Source: Aquificaceae bacterium (GTDB lineage: Bacteria > Aquificota > Aquificia > Aquificales > Aquificaceae). From it: a stretch of DNA of 15,821 nt. The notes beneath the pieces are model-generated. The model did no database searches. It was not told the origin of the DNA and saw only the letters and a list, made by a program, of their open reading frames with translations. The position numbers were made by a program, and so were the translations under genes. Of the stretch, positions 10,901 to 15,821 are shown one piece after another; the stretch's first letter is position 1, and the number at the start of each line of letters is the position of its first letter. The stretch is from contig JBCNVD010000015.1 in NCBI GenBank assembly GCA_039630345.1, positions 1 to 15,821 on the forward strand, given 5' to 3'.

Positions 10901-12354
10901 TAGCTTTTGAAAAGCTCTGCTAGGAGCTCTTTACTTACGGGCGTATTGGCTCTATATTGACCATAGTCCTGAGAGAGCACAAAAAGAGGAAGCTGGTCAA
11001 GTATTTCAATATCAGCAGGCTTTAACTCTCTTAAGTTGTGGTTTTTGTGAACCCTGGCGTTTAGTTTTACTCTTCCCACGCGAGAGAGGTCATACCTGGT
11101 AAGGTCCTGGAAATAAAGTCTAAAATGCTCGTTAGAGCGCTTTATCAGCTCCTGGAGCTCTATAACCATCGGCTCAACAGCCCTTGCTTTTTTGTAAATG
11201 TCAACCAAAGCAACATCTCTTAGGCTAAAGCGCGATGGGATTTTAAGAGAACTCTTTCTGTCGTTTTCTCTTGGTAGGGTTTCGCTGATTATTGTTTCTA
11301 CCATTATCTTACCAAGACTGCTCTTTGCAACTACTTCTCTCTCAAGGGCACAGAGACTATCTACTTTTAGGCGGTCGTCTCTTAATAGTCTCTCAAGTTG
11401 AGAGATGTCTTCTATGTATCGCTCTTCTATGTATTCTTCCTCGACTCCTCGCTCGTCTTTTGCCAGATATCTAAGAATTGCAAAAACATAGCTCCCGGCA
11501 AGGTCTTCTATAGAAGCTGTTTCCCCGCTCTTTGCATCAACAATCTCTCCGTCTTTAATCAGATACTTACGGGTTTGAGGATAAAAGCGCGAAAGAATAT
11601 CATAAGCAGTCTCCAAGCCAAAAGCTCTGAATATAAAGCTTCCGCCTATTTTTTTCTTGTCTATTCTTGTAACCAGAATATCTGAGGTGCTGGATAGCTC
11701 AAACTCAATCCTTGGCCCTTTATCCGGGATAACGCTTGCTCTATAGATGATTTTTACAATTGTGGTTTCTCGCTGACGCTCTTCTTTCTCTTCGAAAAAC
11801 ACTCCCGGTGAGCGAATAAGCTGGTTAACAATTACGCGTTCGCTACCATTTACTATAAATGACCCACTTGAGGTCATCATAGGAACTTCGCCAAAATATA
11901 TCTTGCGAGGCTCGTCAACTCTTTCTCCTTTTTTTGTTTTTGCTTTTAGCCTCACTTTTACTCTCAGAGGAACTGCATATGTTAAACCCTTTAACTTTGC
12001 TTCTTCTTCAGTGATTTTTTCTTTATAAACCAAAGGAGCCCCGCATCTGGGACACTTGACACCATAACCGGCGAGAAATTCGTGGTCATTTGCGGATTTA
12101 TAACCACATTTATTGCATTCCCAATCCCCAACTTCATATCCAAGATATTCAACAACTATCTTGTCGCTTGCTTCTTTTAGAGGAAAAGAAGTTTGAAAAA
12201 CATACTCAAGACCTCTTTGCTCGCGCTCTAAAGGGCTTTTACGAAATTGCAAAAACGCTTCATAAGACTCTCTTGAGAGAAAAAGAAGGTCAGGTGGGGA
12301 GACCACCTCTTCAGACCTTCTGAAGAACTTTCTGGGCAAACCTATCCTTCTCAT
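7960..12354 (-). CDS. rpoB: DNA-directed RNA polymerase beta subunit (start revised to ATG at 12354; 1464 aa)
   Basis: Contains [38 protein letters not shown] and GQRLGEME. The ATG at 12354 has SD GAGGT at 12363-12367. The TTG at 12369 given in the ORF track overlaps that SD and the upstream U-tract. Confidence 0.98.
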   Translation of the reverse strand: MRRIGLPRKFFRRSEEVVSPPDLLFLSRESYEAFLQFRKSPLEREQRGLEYVFQTSFPLKEASDKIVVEYLGYEVGDWECNKCGYKSANDHEFLAGYGVKCPRCGAPLVYKEKITEEEAKLKGLTYAVPLRVKVRLKAKTKKGERVDEPRKIYFGEVPMMTSSGSFIVNGSERVIVNQLIRSPGVFFEEKEERQRETTIVKIIYRASVIPDKGPRIEFELSSTSDILVTRIDKKKIGGSFIFRAFGLETAYDILSRFYPQTRKYLIKDGEIVDAKSGETASIEDLAGSYVFAILRYLAKDERGVEEEYIEERYIEDISQLERLLRDDRLKVDSLCALEREVVAKSSLGKIMVETIISETLPRENDRKSSLKIPSRFSLRDVALVDIYKKARAVEPMVIELQELIKRSNEHFRLYFQDLTRYDLSRVGRVKLNARVHKNHNLRELKPADIEILDQLPLFVLSQDYGQYRANTPVSKELLAELFKSYSSISVKSMTDWQARFLQTIDLVNTVKYLINLRFGREKKDDIAYLGNRRIRAVGELLENQARIGFAKMERFFKDRCNASNPEDPNLKPQDLLNPRYLTTSLYEFLKGGMLSQYLDNTNPLSSLTHKRRLSALGPGGLTRESAKFEIRDVHPSHYGRICPIETPEGQNIGLVTSLTVFAQTNEYGFIVTPYKRVENGKVTDKVDYLAAYEEEDYIIAQYTPSDEEGKIASDRVFARFKNDILIVKPEQVNYMDVSPKQVISVSASLIPFLEHDDANRALMGSNMQRQAVPLIFTKAPVIGTGMEAKVARDSRSLVIAKRGGIVEEVDSKRVVIRAEKLDENDPTDIGIDIYELRKFERTNQSTCVNQRPLVSKGQRLKEGDIIADGQSTFLGELALGKDVLVAFMPWRGYNFEDAIVISERLVREDIFTSIHIEELEVEARETKIGNEEITRQIPGIPEKLLSHLDEFGIVKIGTVVKPGDILVGKVSPKGEAQQTPEEKLLQAIFGEKSRDVKDTSLRCPPGVEGVVVDVKVFTRRSLDRRNYLAESIEAQEREQLERELEHRKKLVVEGRNRALKDMVLGKTIDREITIKRKTYSPGTVLDEKLFDEFVNYIVSRPENIFNDEDLCQKISQVRDRTKAQVDLLTKLYQERLEAIGKRGDLPSGAITLVKVYIAQKRKIKVGDKMAGRHGNKGVISVVLPVEDMPFLEDGTPVDIVLNPLGVPSRMNVGQILETHLGWASKELGKKVAKLFESGEVQKARELLEKVYSIGDKTGKSLQTLNSLFEQASYEELKEIFALYGEMGIPIATQAFEGAQEEHIKQMLELAGLPPDGKAVLYDGRTGEPFDMRVTIGYMHMLKLIHMVDDKIHARSTGPYSLVTQQPLGGRAQFGGQRLGEMEVWALEAHGAAYTLQEMLTVKSDDMDGRTKVYESIVKGKYIYTPGIPESFRVLVRELKSLGLDIRCENGGNSPCDMIEVEEEE

Positions 12355-12367
12355 TTTTAAATACCTC

Positions 12368-12393
12368 AAAAAGCCCAGCTATGCCGGGGCTTT
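12368..12393 (-). terminator. Intrinsic terminator/attenuator-like hairpin between rplL and rpoB
   Basis: Minus strand reads AAAGCCCCGGC-ATA-GCTGGGCTTTTT: a GC-rich stem with one G-U pair and one bulged C, followed by a U5 tract, directly before the rpoB SD. Confidence 0.65.
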
Positions 12394-12787
12394 ACTTGAT
12401 TTCTACCTCTGCACCCGCCTCTTTTAACTTTGCGGCTATTTTCTCTGCCTCTTCTTTTGAAATTCCCTCTTTAACCGGCTTTGGAGCGCCTTCAACCAGA
12501 TCCTTTGCCTCTTTAAGACCAAGGTTTGTTATTTCTCTTACCGCCTTGATGACATTGATTTTGTTAGCTCCTGCGGACTTGAGAATGACATCAAACTCGG
12601 TCTTTTCCTCGGCCTGAGGGGCGGCTGCCTGGGGAGCTCCGGCGGCTGGCGCGGCTGCAGGGGCTGCAGCTACCATTGCAGCAGAGACTCCAAACTTCTC
12701 CTCAAGTTTTTTCACAAGCTCGGCAACTTCAAGCAAGGTCATGTTGCCAATAGCTTCAACGATTTCGTCAATGGTAATTGACGGCAT
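12392..12787 (-). CDS. rplL: 50S ribosomal protein L7/L12
   Basis: 131 aa with LEEKFGVSA, an Ala/Pro hinge, [10 protein letters not shown] and [21 protein letters not shown] lies in the last rplJ codons. Confidence 0.99.
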   Translation of the reverse strand: MPSITIDEIVEAIGNMTLLEVAELVKKLEEKFGVSAAMVAAAPAAAPAAGAPQAAAPQAEEKTEFDVILKSAGANKINVIKAVREITNLGLKEAKDLVEGAPKPVKEGISKEEAEKIAAKLKEAGAEVEIK

Positions 12788-12790
12788 ATC

Positions 12791-13327
12791 TTACCTCCTT
12801 AAGTTTTCTTCAATTGCTTTAAGCGTCATAACAAGCTTAATAACAGGGCTATTTAAAGCGCTAACAAGCACAAATGGCGGGGCTTTCAAAACCCCAAGGA
12901 GCTTTGAAACAAGAACCTCTTTTGGAGGGAGCTGGGCAAGTGCCTGGATGTCATCTCTTGAGATAAACCTTTTAGAAAAGAGAGCTCCCTTCACCCTCGC
13001 CAGTGGTTTATCCCTGTCAAGCTCTTTAAAGGCTTCAAAGATTAGCTTTGCCACACTTACAGGGTCTTGATAGGAAAAAACCACAGCTGTTGGACCTGAA
13101 AGTATATGCTTGTGGTCTACGAGGGCGGTTTTTGACAAAGCTCTTAAAAGGAGAGTGTTTTTACAAACAAGAACTTCACCACCTGATTGCTTTATATCGC
13201 TTCTGAATTTTGTTATAAATTGAGCATCAAGTCCAGTAAAGTCAAAAAAGATTGCAAGGTTAGACCTCTCATACCGTGCGGATACGCTATCTATTAATTC
13301 CTGCTTTAAAATCCAGCTCTTTTTCAT
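12791..13327 (-). CDS. rplJ: 50S ribosomal protein L10
   Basis: 178 aa with the KNTLL motif, GPTAV and LAQLPPKE. Lies between rplA and rplL, with an ATGA overlap with rplA. Confidence 0.97.
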   Translation of the reverse strand: MKKSWILKQELIDSVSARYERSNLAIFFDFTGLDAQFITKFRSDIKQSGGEVLVCKNTLLLRALSKTALVDHKHILSGPTAVVFSYQDPVSVAKLIFEAFKELDRDKPLARVKGALFSKRFISRDDIQALAQLPPKEVLVSKLLGVLKAPPFVLVSALNSPVIKLVMTLKAIEENLRR

Positions 13328-14049
13328 GCCACCAGCTCCTGAAGTTTTTTCAAAGTGGTTGAGGTATCTATCTTTACCGAAGGGCTCATGGTGAGAGCTA
13401 CTGATATTGACCTGACATACTGGCCTTTAGCGCCTGATGGCTTTGCCTTAACGACCGCGTCTATGGCGCTAAGGATATTTGCAAGGAGTTTACTCTCTTC
13501 AAAGGAAATCTTACCAACTGGCATATGGATATTCCCGGTTTTGTCGACTCTAAATTCCACTCTACCTTTTTTGGCCTCTTCCACGGCCTGTCTGACGTTG
13601 GTGGTAACAGTGCCCGTCTTTGGATTTGGCATAAGACCCCTGGGACCAAGGATCTTGCCAAGTCTTGCTACCTTTGGCATAACCTCGGGCGTTGCTATCA
13701 CGATATCAAACTCTATCCACTCCTCTTTGGCGATTTTGTTTATTAAATCCTCCGAGCCTACAAAGTCAGCACCTGCTTCCTTGGCAACCTTTTGCATCTC
13801 ACCCTCTGTAAGGACTAAAACCCTTAGCTCTTTCCCAAGCCCATAAGGTAATACCACAGAGCCGCGGACCATCTGGTCCGCGTATTTTGGATCGACCCCT
13901 AAGCGCATCGCTAATTCGACAGATTGATCAAATTTTGGTCCGCATGATTCTTGCATTTTTTTGAGGATTTTGACCCCATCTTCGACGCTATAGGCGCGGG
14001 TTTTTTCGTAAAGTCCAAGACATTTTTGATAACGCTTTGAGCGCACCAT
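13324..14049 (-). CDS. rplA: 50S ribosomal protein L1
   Basis: 241 aa with [28 protein letters not shown] and EFRVDKTG. Confidence 0.99.
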   Translation of the reverse strand: MVRSKRYQKCLGLYEKTRAYSVEDGVKILKKMQESCGPKFDQSVELAMRLGVDPKYADQMVRGSVVLPYGLGKELRVLVLTEGEMQKVAKEAGADFVGSEDLINKIAKEEWIEFDIVIATPEVMPKVARLGKILGPRGLMPNPKTGTVTTNVRQAVEEAKKGRVEFRVDKTGNIHMPVGKISFEESKLLANILSAIDAVVKAKPSGAKGQYVRSISVALTMSPSVKIDTSTTLKKLQELVA

Positions 14050-14053
14050 GGCT

Positions 14054-14488
14054 TTACTCCTTCCAGCCTTCTACTTCTATGCCCATACTCTTTGCAGTGC
14101 CAACGACCATGCTAATTGCCGCACGAAGGTCTTTTGTGTTCATGTCTTTTAGTTTTATTTTTGCAATTTCTTCAGCCTGCTGTAGGGTAATTTTGCCTAC
14201 CTTTTGTTTTTTAGGGTCTGAAGAGCCTTTCTGGGCTTTTGAAGCCCTTTTTAGAAGATAAGAAACAGGTGGAGTCTTAAGGATAAATGTAAAACTCCTG
14301 TCTTGGTAGATTGTTATAACAGCTGGCACTATGGTGCCGGGCTCAAATTCTTTGCTAGCTGCATTAAATTGCTTTACAAACTCCATTATGTTAACCCCGT
14401 GCTGACCAAGAGCAGGACCAACGGGGGGAGCAGGCGTTGCCTGCTGAGCCGGGAGCATAAGCTCTACCTTGGCAGTAACTTTTTTCAT
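14054..14488 (-). CDS. rplK: 50S ribosomal protein L11
   Basis: 144 aa with [21 protein letters not shown] and GTAKSMG. SD GAGGT at 14495-14499. Confidence 0.99.
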   Translation of the reverse strand: MKKVTAKVELMLPAQQATPAPPVGPALGQHGVNIMEFVKQFNAASKEFEPGTIVPAVITIYQDRSFTFILKTPPVSYLLKRASKAQKGSSDPKKQKVGKITLQQAEEIAKIKLKDMNTKDLRAAISMVVGTAKSMGIEVEGWKE

Positions 14489-14501
14489 CTTTTGACCTCT
14501 T

Positions 14502-15227
14502 TTATAGCTTTTCTACCTGAGAGTATTCAAGCTCTACAGGCGTTGGTCTTCCAAAGATGCTTATAAGGACTATGACCTTTTCGCGCTCTGGCAGGACTTC
14601 TTCCACGCTACCTGTGAAGTTCATAAAGTGACCCTCTATGACTCTGACTTGGTCTCCTTTTTCGAAAAGTATCCTTGGGGCCTTTGTGGGCTTTTTGATA
14701 AAGGCAATGATTCGCTCGACTTCTTTTTCCTCAAGCGGAACTGCGCGCCCACCTACCAAAACAGGTTTATAAATGTGAGGGGTTTTTTCTATTGCTCTCA
14801 TTAAGTTATCGTCCATTATGGTTCTTATAAGCAAATATCCCGGGAAGACTTTTGATTCGAGGATTATCCTTGCTTCTGTTTTGTTTTCTTTGCAGGTTAT
14901 TTTTTGCCCAGGTTTGGATATAGGGGGGGCTTCCACGCATAGATCACCTTCTACGCTCTCAATTACGCGCACCTCGCCGTTTTCTATTCTGAAAGTGCTA
15001 ACTCCTTTTTTACCAAGGACGCTAAGGTCTCTGTTATTACCTCGCAGAGAGAGGCGATACTTTTCTTTCCCGAGAGCTTTTATTGCCACCTTTTCTTCTG
15101 CGGGCACAACGACATCCTCGACTTGCGATTGCAGGTTCTCAAGCTCAAGAACTTTTAGCAAGTTTTCTCTGGCGACTGCTTCTTTGCCTGCTTTGACCTG
15201 AAGCGCATACCAGCGAAACTCCTGCAT
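14502..15227 (-). CDS. nusG: Transcription termination/antitermination factor NusG with an inserted domain
   Basis: 241 aa. NGN motifs WYALQV...G.E and FPGY, C-terminal KOW domain GDQVRVIEG...IFGR.TPVEL, and a segment of about 79 aa (14853-15089) before FPGY. Confidence 0.98.
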   Translation of the reverse strand: MQEFRWYALQVKAGKEAVARENLLKVLELENLQSQVEDVVVPAEEKVAIKALGKEKYRLSLRGNNRDLSVLGKKGVSTFRIENGEVRVIESVEGDLCVEAPPISKPGQKITCKENKTEARIILESKVFPGYLLIRTIMDDNLMRAIEKTPHIYKPVLVGGRAVPLEEKEVERIIAFIKKPTKAPRILFEKGDQVRVIEGHFMNFTGSVEEVLPEREKVIVLISIFGRPTPVELEYSQVEKL

Positions 15228-15231
15228 CTTA

Positions 15232-15420
15232 TCACCCTATAGTCAGAAGAAGGTTAATAACCCTGGTGAAAATAATATCCATTATCCAAAGCCAGGCTCC
15301 CATAAGCAAAGAAAATATTATAACACTAACAGTCGCCCTCATGGCAAGTTTTCTTGCAGGCCATGAGACCTTTTGCATCTCCGACCTGACAGAGCCTAAA
15401 AAATTTATGATTTTGCGCAT
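15232..15420 (-). CDS. secE: Preprotein translocase subunit SecE (single-TM type)
   Basis: 62 aa with the EMQKVSWP motif followed by one hydrophobic helix. Lies between tRNA-Trp and nusG. SD GAGGT at 15427-15431. Confidence 0.97.
   Translation of the reverse strand: MRKIINFLGSVRSEMQKVSWPARKLAMRATVSVIIFSLLMGAWLWIMDIIFTRVINLLLTIG
15317..15347 (-). promoter_or_regulatory. Candidate extended -10 promoter for nusG-rplK inside secE
   Basis: TGTTATAAT at 15325-15317, plus TTGCCA at 15347-15342 with a long 19-nt spacer. About 89 nt upstream of the nusG ATG. Confidence 0.4.
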
Positions 15421-15434
15421 CTTTTAACCTCAAG

Positions 15435-15507
15435 CGGGGCACGGAGGACTCGAACCCCCAACCGCGGGATTTGGAGTCCCGCGCTCTGCCAGTTGAGCTA
15501 GTGCCCC
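15435..15507 (-). tRNA. tRNA-Trp (anticodon CCA), 73 nt, 3' CCA not encoded
   Basis: GGGGCAC-TA-GCTC-AACTGGCA-GAGC-G-CGGGA-CTCCAAA-TCCCG-CGGTT-GGGGG-TTCGAGT-CCTCC-GTGCCCC-G. All four stems pair, the T-loop has TTCGA, and discriminator G73 is followed by CTT. Confidence 0.98.
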
Positions 15508-15508
15508 T

Positions 15509-15667
15509 TTATTTAACCTCCCTGTGCAGAGTGTGGCGCTTACACCACTTGCAGTATTTCTTAACTTCCATTCTTTGAGGGTGTTTTTGCTTGTTTTTTG
15601 TGGTGGTGTAATTGCGCCTTTTACACTCGGTGCATGCAAGGGTGATGATTTCTCTCGCTGCTGCCAT
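15509..15667 (-). CDS. rpmG: 50S ribosomal protein L33 (Zn-binding C+ form), 52 aa
   Basis: Manual translation: [52 protein letters not shown]. Two CxxC pairs. SD GAGGT at 15674-15678. Below the ORF-track length cutoff. Confidence 0.98.
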   Translation of the reverse strand: MAAAREIITLACTECKRRNYTTTKNKQKHPQRMEVKKYCKWCKRHTLHREVK

Positions 15668-15678
15668 GGTCTTACCTC

Positions 15679-15821
15679 TTATTCAATAATCTTTACAACA
15701 ACACCTGCACCAACTGTTTTGCCACCTTCACGGATGGCAAAGCGAAGCTGTTCTTCCATTGCGATTGGTTTGACAAGTTCTACTTCAAACTCTACGTTGT
15801 CTCCGGGCATTACCATTTCCT
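15679..15821 (-). CDS. tuf: Elongation factor Tu, 3' end of a second copy (5' part is outside the window)
   Basis: Manual translation: [46 protein letters not shown], the canonical EF-Tu domain III C-terminus. Confidence 0.99.
   Translation of the reverse strand, partial: EMVMPGDNVEFEVELVKPIAMEEQLRFAIREGGKTVGAGVVVKIIE

Noticed and set aside
3263..12354. Inteins or introns as the cause of the long RpoB and RpoC
   Set aside because: The frames are uninterrupted, and the inserts lack intein splice-junction motifs (N-terminal Cys/Ser, C-terminal His-Asn) and homing-endonuclease motifs.
12355..12369. TTG start for rpoB at 12369
   Set aside because: It overlaps the U-tract and the SD itself. The ATG at 12354 has a correctly spaced GAGGT.
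12610..12685. GC-rich short repeats (GCAGCC-like units) in rplL
   Set aside because: They encode the Ala/Pro hinge of L7/L12 and are not a CRISPR array or DNA repeat element.
14501..14530. TTGAAT-18-TATAAA at the nusG end as an rplK promoter
   Set aside because: It lacks the conserved last T of the -10, and the start site would fall in or after the rplK SD.
557..15201. The remaining plus-strand ORFs (e.g. 622-1059, 13355-13846, 14818-15201) and short nested minus-strand ORFs
   Set aside because: All lie within highly conserved genes, show the composition expected of antisense or alternative frames, and have no family motifs that I recognise.
15423..15520. 9-bp direct repeat GAGGTTAAA flanking tRNA-Trp (15423-15431 and 15512-15520), resembling a target-site duplication
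   Set aside because: One copy encodes the L33 ending EVK and the other is the secE SD. rpmG-tRNA-Trp-secE is an ancestral gene order, and there is no integrase or att structure.
15430..15639. 69-aa minus-strand ORF from the track
   Set aside because: It is an out-of-frame overlap of rpmG that reads through the tRNA-Trp gene. The real features are rpmG and the tRNA.

Overview
This is a core housekeeping region, entirely on the minus strand. It reads (tuf 3' end)-rpmG-tRNA-Trp(CCA)-secE-nusG-rplK-rplA-rplJ-rplL-rpoB-rpoC-rpsL-rpsG-fusA-(tuf 5' end), so the rif/beta cluster runs straight into the str operon and two co-oriented EF-Tu genes bracket it. NusG with an Aquifex-type inserted domain, the EF-Tu N-terminal insert and the RNAP insertions point to phylum Aquificota, probably Aquificaceae (inferred from recalled homologues, not from a search). 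The ORF track misses rpmG, both tuf fragments and the tRNA, and it over-extends the rpoB start. I found no mobile element, CRISPR array, defence system or unknown gene, and no evidence for a new multi-gene system. Three things deserve follow-up. (1) Only about 137 nt are intergenic, and regulation seems written into the coding sequence: a perfect TTGACA-17-TATAAT inside fusA ahead of tuf, two extended -10 elements (at the rpoC stop and inside secE), a hairpin/U-tract between rplL and rpoB, and no room for the usual r-protein leaders. (2) The RNA polymerase naturally carries substitutions at the core-recognition-element residues (E. coli beta D446->A, W183->R), has altered rifampicin and streptolydigin pockets, and has several Cys-containing or duplicated insertions. 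(3) A CCA-less tRNA-Trp is wedged between rpmG and the secE ribosome-binding site.
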